DNA from: Acaryochloridaceae cyanobacterium VAR_48_metabat_390
GTDB lineage: Bacteria > Cyanobacteriota > Cyanobacteriia > Thermosynechococcales > Thermosynechococcaceae
Direction: 5' to 3'
Assembly: GCA_031422435.1 (NCBI GenBank)
Contig: JANPLU010000080.1
Coordinates: 1-20,522 of the forward strand
Length of the DNA: 20,522 nucleotides
A program made the position numbers and the translations under genes. The notes under the pieces were generated by a model. The model was not told the DNA's origin and made no database searches. It saw only the letters and a list, made by a program, of their open reading frames with translations. The number at the start of each line of letters is the position of its first letter. Position 1 is the first letter of the stretch. Positions 1 to 8,818 of the stretch are shown piece after piece.

Positions 1-72
1 CTGTAATGGACATACGCCATACAAGTTTAGCTAAACCTGCCCCTACCGACCGACGGATTGGAGGCGTGAATC

Positions 73-975
73 TTAACGGAAGTTATTAGGATTCAGGCGT
101 ACTCCCTTTTGAAGGCGCACCCCATTGGTTAATCCCTTGCCTGTGCCGCCATCAGCAGGAGACAGATACGGCTTAAGATTAATGTCTCGATCCGCGTAGC
201 TGCTTTTCCAGGCTGAGTTGTTGCCCAATACCGATAAACCTAAGTTCACCAAATTATCCGTTAAGTTCAGGTTGTTATTGCCAGTGCTGACGTAGGTATT
301 AACCCCCTGAGTCATGGTGCCGCCGTCAGCAACCGTCAGATTTTGGAAGACAGAATTTCGAGTAACGAGCGGATCTTGTCCGGGTGGGACGGTAAAGACA
401 ATCCGACAGGCTGAATTAGATTGCGTTGTAGCGCAGACAATGTTGTAGCCATTTTCAGTGCCGGTACTCAGCTCATTTAGACCATCGGGGCGATATTCTT
501 CAAGGCGACGGCTAATTTCGTTACATCGCTTTTCTGCTACCCAACCATTGGATAAGTCTTTAGGCACTGCCCAAGGAAATACCTCGCCAGAACGATTCTC
601 AGGGCTGTACATAACGGTGTACTGTCCGTTCCAAATCTGGCAAAAGAAGCGCGGTGAAGTGTCTGCGGTTGTAGTGCTTCCGTTTCTAGAAGTATTGGCG
701 GCGCTATTGACCGTTGCAGAAGGCTTTGAATTTGAGCCTTCAGAATTAGAAGAACGATTAGGAGCAGTTGTTTCGGAGTTGACCTTGGGCAAACTAGAGC
801 TGGAGTAGGTGTCTGCTCGACTCACCCAACCGCTAGAAGAGGCGATCGCCACTACCCCCGCCAGCCCAACAGAACACAGGAGTCGAAAATCTGCGTTAAC
901 CTTCTGATGGTGCGTCCCAACGTTGTCCATAGAACCTTTCCTTGTATGCACTAAAGACCGAAGGTTTAAAGACAT
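73..975 (-). CDS. COP23 (circadian oscillating protein) domain-containing secreted protein
   Basis: Hydrophobic signal-like segment and Ser/Thr/Asn-rich linker, followed by RFFCQ...GW...RC.EIS.RLE.Y...NGYNIVC...C.IVFTV, typical of cyanobacterial COP23 domains. The true start may be a downstream ATG. Confidence 0.8.
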   Translation of the reverse strand: MSLNLRSLVHTRKGSMDNVGTHHQKVNADFRLLCSVGLAGVVAIASSSGWVSRADTYSSSSLPKVNSETTAPNRSSNSEGSNSKPSATVNSAANTSRNGSTTTADTSPRFFCQIWNGQYTVMYSPENRSGEVFPWAVPKDLSNGWVAEKRCNEISRRLEEYRPDGLNELSTGTENGYNIVCATTQSNSACRIVFTVPPGQDPLVTRNSVFQNLTVADGGTMTQGVNTYVSTGNNNLNLTDNLVNLGLSVLGNNSAWKSSYADRDINLKPYLSPADGGTGKGLTNGVRLQKGVRLNPNNFR

Positions 976-1173
976 TTATGCCAATGACAAAGTTCCTGAA
1001 AAAGAGCGCATCGCTTAATAACAGCATTTTTTGTCATTAAATCGGTCAAATAGCAGTCAAACATAGCTTTTGTCGATAATTTCCATCTCTTACCGCTAAA
1101 AGCCTTCATGAGAAAACTCGCAGATAATCTCGTAAATTCGTCACAAAACTTTAATTTAGACCAGAGTCTGTCG

Positions 1174-1179
1174 TATACT
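1174..1179 (+). promoter_or_regulatory. Candidate -10 element (TATACT) for crtR
   Basis: TATACT about 40 nt upstream of the crtR ATG in an AT-rich divergent intergenic region; no clear -35. Confidence 0.4.
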
Positions 1180-1219
1180 ACCCAGAGAATAATGGCGACT
1201 CAGCAAGGATTGTTGGTTA

Positions 1220-2227
1220 ATGCTAGGTGAAGTTCATCCCCGGACGGTTCCGTATGAATTCTTAGGGCCTCCCGGGGCGTTTAACCCGACCTTGCTGATG
1301 CTGTTGGCCTCTGTTGCCCTCATCGTAGGGTCAACGCTAGGGTATTTTCTGGGAGATTGGCCTGGTGGCGTTGTATTTGTGCTCAACGTATTGTCTCTCC
1401 ATTTAGCGGGTACCGTCATTCACGATGCGTCTCATAAGGTTGCCCACGGCGATCGCATTATCAATGGGGCAATGGGGCACATTAGCGCCTTAATTTTAGG
1501 GTTTGCGTTTCCGGTTTTTACGCGGGTGCATATGCAGCACCACGCCAATGTCAATGACCCCAAAAACGATCCTGACCATTTTGTTTCAACCTGCGGCCCA
1601 CTGTGGCTGATTGCGCCTCGATTCTTCTACCACGAGCTATTCTTCTTTCAGCGTAAGCTGTGGCGTAAGTTTGAGCTGTTGGAGTGGTTCTTGAGCCGCC
1701 TTTTTATGGTGAGCGTGGTCTGGTTTGCCGCTTCCCACGGTCAGCTTGGCTATATCATGAACTATTGGTTTACGCCTGCGTTAGTAGTGGGCGTTGCGCT
1801 CGGCTTGTTTTTTGATTACCTCCCTCACCGTGATTTTCAAGAGCGCAACCGCTGGAAAAATGCGCGGGTGTATCCCAGTGCTTGGCTCAACGTTTTAATT
1901 TTGGGTCAAAACTATCATCTGATTCATCATCTGTGGCCTTCTGTGCCTTGGTATAAGGTGCAGCCTGCCTACTACGCCGTTAAGCCACTCTTAGATGCAA
2001 AGGGTAGCCCCCAAACTTTAGGCATTTTTAACCGCGAAAATATTGGCAGCTTCTTATACGATTTGCTAATCGGCATTCGGTTTCATCGTCATGCTGAGGA
2101 AACTTCAGAGCTATCGAGCAATGTGCTGCTGTTAGAAGAAAAGCAGCAGCTAGAAGAGCTTTTACGCGAACAAACTTCAGAAGTGCGCCAATCAGAGGCC
2201 TTGCAGGCGACGGATCGGGCGGCTTAA
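1220..2227 (+). CDS. crtR: Beta-carotene hydroxylase (membrane di-iron, fatty-acid-desaturase fold)
   Basis: Three His boxes (HDASH, HMQHH, HLIHH) and CrtR-typical segments PPGAFNPTLL, NDPKNDPDHFVST.GPLWLIAPRFFYHE and FFDYLPHR. Confidence 0.92.
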   Translation: MLGEVHPRTVPYEFLGPPGAFNPTLLMLLASVALIVGSTLGYFLGDWPGGVVFVLNVLSLHLAGTVIHDASHKVAHGDRIINGAMGHISALILGFAFPVFTRVHMQHHANVNDPKNDPDHFVSTCGPLWLIAPRFFYHELFFFQRKLWRKFELLEWFLSRLFMVSVVWFAASHGQLGYIMNYWFTPALVVGVALGLFFDYLPHRDFQERNRWKNARVYPSAWLNVLILGQNYHLIHHLWPSVPWYKVQPAYYAVKPLLDAKGSPQTLGIFNRENIGSFLYDLLIGIRFHRHAEETSELSSNVLLLEEKQQLEELLREQTSEVRQSEALQATDRAA

Positions 2228-2322
2228 CGCTGACTTTGAATGAATCTGTGCGAAGCCTGCGTTCATAATCCTCCTCAGCTCTTTAGAATAGAGATGTTGA
2301 GATTTATTGAGATGGACTGTCT

Positions 2323-3342
2323 ATGGCTCCCGCTGTACTCGTTGAGCAGTTACAGAAACGCTATGGCACAACCGAGGCGGTTAAGAGCGTGTCTTTCCAG
2401 GTCGAGCCTGGAGAAATTTTTGGTCTACTCGGCCCTAATGGTGCTGGAAAAACGACGACCTTAAGGTGCATCTGTACCTTAGCGGCTCCTGATGCCGGTC
2501 GAGTTGAGGTGTCTGGGGTTTCTGTGGTGGCACAACCTAAGGTCGCACGACAGCTTTTAGGATACGTTGCCCAAGAAGTGGCCTTAGATAAGGTATTGAC
2601 GGGGCGGGAACTGCTTCAGCTTCAGGCGGCGCTCTATCATTTGCCCAAGGCGGCAATCGCCCCCCGCATTGAATCTATTACTGACCGTCTTGGCCTAACG
2701 CCCTGGGCAGACAAAAAAACGGGCACCTATTCTGGCGGTCTTAAAAAACGGCTGGATCTAGCCGCAGGATTGCTCCATGAGCCTGTGGTCTTGGTACTAG
2801 ACGAGCCGACCGTAGGTCTAGATATTGAAAGCCGTCGCGTCATTTGGGACTTTTTACGGCAGTTGCGCGATCGCGGTACAACCATTCTGCTCACCAGCCA
2901 CTACCTTGAAGAAATTGATGCCCTAGCAGATCGGGTTGCCATTATTGACCAAGGCAAAGTAATTGCTGAAGGCACCCCTTCAGAATTGAAAGACCGCGTG
3001 GGGGGCGATCGCATCACGCTCAAAATCCGTGAGTTTACCTCCATTGAAGAGGCGGAGCAGGCCAAAGTTTTGGCAACCGCGCTTCCCTTTGTGCAAGATG
3101 TCATTATTAATCCTGCTCAAGGCAATTCCCTCAATCTGGTGGTTGCTGCCCAAAGTGATGCCATTTTAGAGTTGCAGCAGGCATTGAAAGCTGCCAATAT
3201 CCCTATCTTTGGCATTGCTCAAGCTCGCCCCAGCTTAGATGATGTCTACCTTTCCGCAACAGGGCAAACGCTGTTAGACGCAGAAATGGCGGCATCTAGC
3301 CAGCGCGACCTCAAAGCAGAACGCAAGCAAGCAATGCGCTAG
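2323..3342 (+). CDS. ABC-2 type exporter ATP-binding subunit (DrrA-like)
   Basis: Walker A GPNGAGKTT, signature YSGG, Walker B VLVLDEPT, H-loop TSHY, C-terminal PSLDDVYL motif. Confidence 0.93.
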   Translation: MAPAVLVEQLQKRYGTTEAVKSVSFQVEPGEIFGLLGPNGAGKTTTLRCICTLAAPDAGRVEVSGVSVVAQPKVARQLLGYVAQEVALDKVLTGRELLQLQAALYHLPKAAIAPRIESITDRLGLTPWADKKTGTYSGGLKKRLDLAAGLLHEPVVLVLDEPTVGLDIESRRVIWDFLRQLRDRGTTILLTSHYLEEIDALADRVAIIDQGKVIAEGTPSELKDRVGGDRITLKIREFTSIEEAEQAKVLATALPFVQDVIINPAQGNSLNLVVAAQSDAILELQQALKAANIPIFGIAQARPSLDDVYLSATGQTLLDAEMAASSQRDLKAERKQAMR

Positions 3343-3408
3343 GCGGCAGATCCAAACTCTTATTTCTTTCCTCTCACAGATTTTCTGATATGCGTTGGAC
3401 GTAAACCG

Positions 3409-4320
3409 ATGACTAGTAGCAGCAGCACCTCTGTTAAGCCTCAATCTAATTCTCAAGCGCAGACTAAGGAAACATTAGACTTTCAGCCTAACCTGAAGCC
3501 TCCCAGCCTAATCTCCCCCGAATTTGTGCAGGAAACCCTAGCCTTAGCACGACGGCTGTTTATTCAGCTCCAGCGGCGACCTTCTACCCTCATTGCAGGG
3601 ATTGTGCAGCCTTTGATGTGGCTGCTGCTGTTTGGGGCGTTGTTTAAGAATGTTCCCCAAGGCATGTTTGGCGTGAGTCAAACCTACGGTCAGTTTTTGT
3701 GCGCTGGGGTGATTGTGTTTACGGCCTTCAGCGGTGCGCTCAATGCGGGCTTGCCCGTTATGTTTGACCGCGAATTTGGGTTCTTAAATCGGCTGCTGGT
3801 GGCTCCTCTGGCCTCACGTTTTTCAATCGTGCTGGCCTCTGCCATTTTTATCACCACCCTAAGCCTGATTCAGACGGCTGCCATTATTGGCCTCAGCGCT
3901 GCGTTAGGGGCAGGGCTACCCAATATTTTGGGACTTGGGATTGTGGTGCTGATTGTGCTGCTGCTGGTACTGGGGGTAACGGCTTTAAGCTTAGGCTTAA
4001 CCTTTGCGCTACCAGGGCATATTGAGCTAATCGCGGTTATCTTTGTGACCAACCTGCCGCTCCTGTTTGCCAGCACGGCGCTGGTGCCCCTCGCCTTTAT
4101 GCCAACCTGGCTTCAGATTGTGGCAAGCCTAAACCCGCTGAGCTTTGCGATTGAGCCGATCCGCTACGTCTACCTTCATAGTGACTGGACCTTTGCCAGC
4201 ATTGTAATGGAAGCGCCTTGGGGGAATTTATCTCTGGGTGCAACGCTATTGCTTTTGGTTGGGTTTGATGTGATCGCCCTCATCAGCATCCAGCGACTGC
4301 TTCAGCGCAAACTGGCTTAG
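3409..4320 (+). CDS. ABC-2 type exporter permease (DrrB-like)
   Basis: About six TM segments, with DREFGFL.RLLVAP and MP.WLQ.VA.LNPLS motifs; directly downstream of the ATPase. Confidence 0.92.
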   Translation: MTSSSSTSVKPQSNSQAQTKETLDFQPNLKPPSLISPEFVQETLALARRLFIQLQRRPSTLIAGIVQPLMWLLLFGALFKNVPQGMFGVSQTYGQFLCAGVIVFTAFSGALNAGLPVMFDREFGFLNRLLVAPLASRFSIVLASAIFITTLSLIQTAAIIGLSAALGAGLPNILGLGIVVLIVLLLVLGVTALSLGLTFALPGHIELIAVIFVTNLPLLFASTALVPLAFMPTWLQIVASLNPLSFAIEPIRYVYLHSDWTFASIVMEAPWGNLSLGATLLLLVGFDVIALISIQRLLQRKLA

Positions 4321-4451
4321 GTTTGCACTACTGATATGACGCGACGGAAAAGCTGACCGATCTGCCGCAAAACTTTGGGTGCTCCGTTTCCCAGGAACGG
4401 GGCAGTGTTGGCAGAATAAAGTTTGTCTACGACTTCGGGAGCCATGCCCAT
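4317..4451 (-). CDS. Candidate 44-aa small protein (not in the ORF track)
   Basis: My translation is MGMAPEVVDKLYSANTAPFLGNGAPKVLRQIGQLFRRVISVVQT*. An SD-like AGGGGA lies 5 nt before the ATG and the stop overlaps the permease stop. Confidence 0.3.
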   Translation of the reverse strand: MGMAPEVVDKLYSANTAPFLGNGAPKVLRQIGQLFRRVISVVQT

Positions 4452-4493
4452 TGCTGTCCCCTGTGATGACTCCGTGCGATCTGACTTAATGCC

Positions 4494-5165
4494 TTACCCG
4501 CCCAGCGAAGGCTGAAGGCGCTGCTTAAGGATCTCTGGTGAGCCAGACTGCGCTACTTTCCCGTGTTCTAATAAGATTGCGCCATTGCAGTAGGCTAATT
4601 CTTCAAGGCGATGCGTGACCCAAAGCGCAGTAATGCCTCGCTTTTTGACCAGCGCGCTGACGCTGGTCACTAAATCAAACTGACTTTCAGGATCCAGCAG
4701 GGCTGTTGGCTCATCTAGTAGAAGTACATTACAGTGACGAGCAATCGTCCCCGCAATGGCAACCCGCTGTTTTTGCCCACCGCTGAGGGCATAAATGGGA
4801 CGACGGATAAGGTGTAAGAGGTTAACAGCATCAAGGGCCTCTTCCACGCGATCGCGTACTTGGGAATAGGAAAGCGCTTCTTCAACCAAGCCAAAAGCAA
4901 CATCTGCACCCACCGTAGGCATCACGAGCTGGTGGTCAGGGTTTTGAAACACAAAACCCACGGGAGGGTTAAGCCGGATCTCCCCCGACTGATGCCCTAG
5001 TAACCCAGCCAAAACGCGCAGCAGCGTTGACTTGCCGCTGCCGTTTGTGCCTAAAAGCATCCAAAACTCACCCTCTGGTACCTGGAGGGTGCAGCGTTTT
5101 AGAATCTGCTGCTGATCGCTCCAGCCAAAGGATAGGTTTTGAACATTAATGCCCCATTCGGTCAT
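4494..5165 (-). CDS. Energy-coupling-factor (CbiO/EcfA-like) ABC ATPase
   Basis: GTNGSGKST, ECF-typical Q-loop VGFVFQNPDHQL...TV..DVAFG, LSGGQKQRVAIAG, LLLDEPT, VTH. Confidence 0.9.
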   Translation of the reverse strand: MTEWGINVQNLSFGWSDQQQILKRCTLQVPEGEFWMLLGTNGSGKSTLLRVLAGLLGHQSGEIRLNPPVGFVFQNPDHQLVMPTVGADVAFGLVEEALSYSQVRDRVEEALDAVNLLHLIRRPIYALSGGQKQRVAIAGTIARHCNVLLLDEPTALLDPESQFDLVTSVSALVKKRGITALWVTHRLEELAYCNGAILLEHGKVAQSGSPEILKQRLQPSLGG

Positions 5166-5173
5166 GGGCTGCT

Positions 5174-5431
5174 CTACACCCCAAAACCAGTAAATCCGCC
5201 TTTAGAAGGCCCACCACCTTTTTCAGAAACCTGTACTGCCGTAATCTCGCTGGTTAGGATGCCAATTTTTTTATCGGTTTCTTTTTCGCAGGTTAGCTCG
5301 AGTAGGCTGGGCGCTGCGGTTTTAATTGAGGTCACAATAGACTGGTATAGCGTCTCGGCATTGCTCAGCTCTTTGCGCTGAACGGCTAAGGAAAGTGGGG
5401 TGCCCCGTAGGGTAACTTCAACGGTGTACAT
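5174..5431 (-). CDS. Small conserved cyanobacterial protein (UPF0367-like)
   Basis: MYT.E..L...P.SL.VQRK....AE.LY....LLELTCEK..DKKI pattern and GF-ending tail, recalled as a cyanobacterial family that often precedes the ECF ATPase; 8-nt gap to that gene. Confidence 0.7.
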   Translation of the reverse strand: MYTVEVTLRGTPLSLAVQRKELSNAETLYQSIVTSIKTAAPSLLELTCEKETDKKIGILTSEITAVQVSEKGGGPSKGGFTGFGV

Positions 5432-5568
5432 CAGAACTCCATCGGTTGGACTGGTTTAAGGGGGTGCTGCGATTGCAAGGCCCAACCCTTCTCAATTTAC
5501 TGTACCAATGAACTGGCGTTGGGTGCAGTGGACTTTTGATGTAGACCTGGGGTGCGACGCTTCGCCCT

Positions 5569-7878
5569 TTATCCCTGAGTTAGAGAAACGGCTCTCACCT
5601 GAACCTGCCGATCAAAAATCACCCGAGGCATGAGGAGCGTTTTCAGTAAGATCCAAATAGACTGAACTTCTCCGGGCGTTGTGCGATGCTGCCACTGTCC
5701 GGGGCGGCAAAAGAGCATTTTAACCAATTCTTTTTCTTGAGAGAGTGTCAGTGGCTCAAACAAGACGCGCAGAATCGGTAAGTCATTCTGTCGGCTAATA
5801 TTGACCACCTGTGCCTTTATTGTTAGATCAATCTCTAAGATGCTGATCTGAACGAGAATAGGTTCTGTCTGCGGCAGCTCAACCCCTGACTGAGTAAGGG
5901 CAATCTCTGCCCCGCCTTCTGAAATCATCGTAGTGCTGCCCCAGTATTCGCGCACCCCTGGTGCGAAGCTATCGCCCACTTTTAGTCTGACGGTTCGGCG
6001 CAAATTGAACCACTCATACAGGTCTGGTTTAGGCACGTCTAGCAAAATGAGCAGCGCAATGCCAATTAAGATCAGGTTGTAAGCACTCCAAATCCAGCCT
6101 AACCCCACGCCTTTCACCGTTTGCGCAAGTTCGGGTGATACCGTTGTTTGCCATGCGCCTTTAATCATACAAATGCCCAAGTTGCGCCACAGGCTAAAAG
6201 CCGTCGCCACAAACATAATGATGAGCGGCCAAGCTAAGCTCCAGTTGAACCGATACTGCGATCGCACGCGTCCTTTAGGCGTCACATTAAACCCACGACC
6301 AAAGGGGTTCAGCATGACCCGTAGTACCGTCAGAGCGAGGGGAAAAGCCAAAACCAGGCTGTATATGTCTGAAAGTAACGCAGACCGTGATCGCCCATTG
6401 AGCCAAGCAAAGGTCGAAAACTGCGCCACAATGTAGGGCAAAAAGAAATAGATCACCTCATCCATGGTGGCCCGCAGGGGAATCACGCCCAAGAAGGCAT
6501 AAGCAAACGGAAACAGCAAAAAGCCTACCCGTGAAATGCTGGTAAACCAGTGCAGCAGACCCTCTAAGTGCGCCAGTCGCTGAAGGGGCGTTAGCCCTGG
6601 AATGGTGAGCGGGTTTGCGTCAATAAAAAATGCTTGGAGGGTACCCCGCGCCCAGCGCAGCCGTTGACCGGCATGGTCAGCAATGGTTTCAGCCGCCAGC
6701 CCTGCACTTAGCTTTTCGTCGAGGTAGATCAGCTGGTAGCCTTGGGCTGCAAGGCGAATGCCCGTGAAGTAGTCTTCACTGAGAGAATCGGTCACAAATC
6801 CACCCGCTTCTTTAAGCGCCTGTCGCCGAACCACAAAAGACGTGCCCGAACAAACCACGCTGCCTGCCCCATCTCGAATGGGCTGGACTTGGCGATAAAA
6901 GACCTCTTCTTCTGGAGTTAGAACATCTTCGAGGCCAAGGTTGCGCGCAATGGGGTCAGCATTATAAAAGCTCTGCGGGGTCTGGACGAGACCCATCTCT
7001 GGATTTTGGAAAAAGCCTACGGTGCGCTGCAAAAAGTTGGTGGTGGGCACAAAGTCTGCATCAAAGACCGTGATGAGATCGCCAGAGGTACGGGAGATCG
7101 CCGCGTTCAAATTCCCAGCTTTGGCGTAGCGATTGTCTGGGCGGGTGAGATAGTGGCACCCCAGTTTATGGGCAAGGTCTTCAACGGCAGGGCGGCGGGT
7201 ATCGTCGAGAATATAAATTTCTTTGCGAGGGTAATCCAGCGCCTGACAGCCCAAAATGGTTCGCTTCAGAATGGTTTCAGGCTCATCGTAAGTGGGAATA
7301 AACACATCCACCGTCGGCGTAAAATTACCCTGAGTGACGCTGTGTTCTAGATCATCAGCCTCTCTGTGTCGATCTTTGACCCGCAGCATTAAAAAAAGCT
7401 GGATACTGCTGCTCAACAACGTCAGCATTTCAAAGATAAACAGCAGCACACTAAAGGTGCCGTTGAGCGGCTGCCCTAAATTGAGGGTGGAGAGGGCGCG
7501 CCATACCACGTATCGCAGCGTTAGCACTAACACAATCCCAACCACAACTACCCGCGACCAGGCTTGAGAACGGTGCGAAACTCGCATTAGCACGAGTAGA
7601 GCTGCTAGCAGCATCAGCGTAGGGACTAGCAAAAATGTGCCCGTCACCATCGGCACTTCTAGCCACATGGGTGGATTTTCTTGGAGCAGCGCAATCTGCT
7701 TGAAAATTTTGGTAATGGTACCCTCTCCTGCAAACCATCCGGCCACAATTGCACCGGAGGCAGCAAGAAACGCCAGCATGATGAGGGTCGCCCATTGAGG
7801 TTGCCAGAGGTTGGGCACTGATTGAGGCAAAGGCGTCGGCTTAGACTTTGACAGCATTGTGCGATCTCTCTCACCCAT
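5569..7878 (-). CDS. bcsA: Cellulose-synthase-like processive GT2 with C-terminal PilZ-like domain
   Basis: DVFIPTYDE, LDD, KAGNLN, FDAD, QTPQ, SED, QRLRW (QxxRW) and gating-loop FNVTPK motifs; flanking TM helices; C-terminal beta-rich domain. Confidence 0.85.
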   Translation of the reverse strand: MGERDRTMLSKSKPTPLPQSVPNLWQPQWATLIMLAFLAASGAIVAGWFAGEGTITKIFKQIALLQENPPMWLEVPMVTGTFLLVPTLMLLAALLVLMRVSHRSQAWSRVVVVGIVLVLTLRYVVWRALSTLNLGQPLNGTFSVLLFIFEMLTLLSSSIQLFLMLRVKDRHREADDLEHSVTQGNFTPTVDVFIPTYDEPETILKRTILGCQALDYPRKEIYILDDTRRPAVEDLAHKLGCHYLTRPDNRYAKAGNLNAAISRTSGDLITVFDADFVPTTNFLQRTVGFFQNPEMGLVQTPQSFYNADPIARNLGLEDVLTPEEEVFYRQVQPIRDGAGSVVCSGTSFVVRRQALKEAGGFVTDSLSEDYFTGIRLAAQGYQLIYLDEKLSAGLAAETIADHAGQRLRWARGTLQAFFIDANPLTIPGLTPLQRLAHLEGLLHWFTSISRVGFLLFPFAYAFLGVIPLRATMDEVIYFFLPYIVAQFSTFAWLNGRSRSALLSDIYSLVLAFPLALTVLRVMLNPFGRGFNVTPKGRVRSQYRFNWSLAWPLIIMFVATAFSLWRNLGICMIKGAWQTTVSPELAQTVKGVGLGWIWSAYNLILIGIALLILLDVPKPDLYEWFNLRRTVRLKVGDSFAPGVREYWGSTTMISEGGAEIALTQSGVELPQTEPILVQISILEIDLTIKAQVVNISRQNDLPILRVLFEPLTLSQEKELVKMLFCRPGQWQHRTTPGEVQSIWILLKTLLMPRVIFDRQVQVRAVSLTQG

Positions 7879-8094
7879 TAAATTAGCTCAAGTCCATCAC
7901 AACTCTGATTAGACGTCTTTTGCCTAGAATAATGTTTCCAATCTGCTGATGCCATCAAAGTAGCTGAATTTGATGAGGATAACCTGAGAAATGACTAAAG
8001 GTTTTCAGGGATAATTATTAACGCATTCTCATTTGAGTTCTGGTGTATTTCTTTACAGTTAAGCTAAGTAGAGCGTTTACGCAGCCTAAATCAA

Positions 8095-8586
8095 ATGGAG
8101 TTTAATAAAATGAAGTTTAACAAGATAACCTCTAAAGTTTGGCAGCGCAGCACCACATCAGCGGTTATCGCCATCATTACGCTTCTTGCCCTATCCCCCC
8201 TCAGCTGTTCCGCAGCAAAACCACCCGTTCAGGCGTCTAAAGTAGCCCAGGACGCAATGATGAAAAAGTCTACGGGGGCATTTGTCAGTGTTGAACATGC
8301 CACCAGGGGCAACGTCAGCATAGTCACTGAAGGCACTCAGCGCTATTTGGTTTTAGATCAAGGTTTTACAACGTCAGAAGGCCCTGATCTATTCGTTATT
8401 TTGCATCAGTCATCCAATCCAAAAAGCTATGGCAAAAATAGCTATGTTTCTCTGGGCAAGCTCCAGGCAATTGCGGGTACGCAGCACTATGCTATCCCCA
8501 GCAATCTAGATCTTAAATCGTTTAAAACTGCCGTCATTTGGTGCCGTCAGTTTAGCGCAACGTTTGCCTATGCACCTCTCTCTTAG
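8095..8586 (+). CDS. DM13 domain-containing secreted protein
   Basis: Signal peptide followed by G.F...EH.T.G.V, GPDL.V.L, SLG.L....G.Q.Y.IP...DL..F..AVIWCRQF.A.F.YA.L. Confidence 0.9.
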   Translation: MEFNKMKFNKITSKVWQRSTTSAVIAIITLLALSPLSCSAAKPPVQASKVAQDAMMKKSTGAFVSVEHATRGNVSIVTEGTQRYLVLDQGFTTSEGPDLFVILHQSSNPKSYGKNSYVSLGKLQAIAGTQHYAIPSNLDLKSFKTAVIWCRQFSATFAYAPLS

Positions 8587-8588
8587 CC

Positions 8589-8779
8589 CTACCGTGTACA
8601 TAAGTTGGAGCATTTTTCAGGACCCTGCACCCTGCGTTACCCTCCTTAATCCCCTTTCCCAAGAGGGGATTAAGGAGATGGAGTGCCCTCCCCTTTATAA
8701 GGCGAGGGTTGGGAGAGGTAGCGTAAGAAAGTGCTAAAACCCAGTCCCATAAGTTGTTTCAGCTTTGTGCATACCGTAG
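8589..8779. mobile_element. MITE-like / REP-like nested inverted-repeat element
   Basis: Imperfect terminal inverted repeats (CTACCGTGTACATAAGTTG and CAGCTTTGTGCATACCGTAG) enclose a perfect 14-bp stem, CTCCTTAATCCCCT/AGGGGATTAAGGAG, and a second hairpin, CCCTCCCCTT/AAGGCGAGGG. No ORF is listed here. Confidence 0.6.
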
Positions 8780-8818
8780 CTTTTAGCCATAGGGCACAAT
8801 ACATCCTAATCTAAATGT

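Noticed and set aside
8044..8057. NtcA box
   Set aside because: The spacing is GTA-N6-TAC rather than GTA-N8-TAC.
8589..8779. CRISPR array or simple terminator interpretation of the hairpin element
   Set aside because: There are no direct repeats with spacers, no cas genes and no U-tract after the stems.
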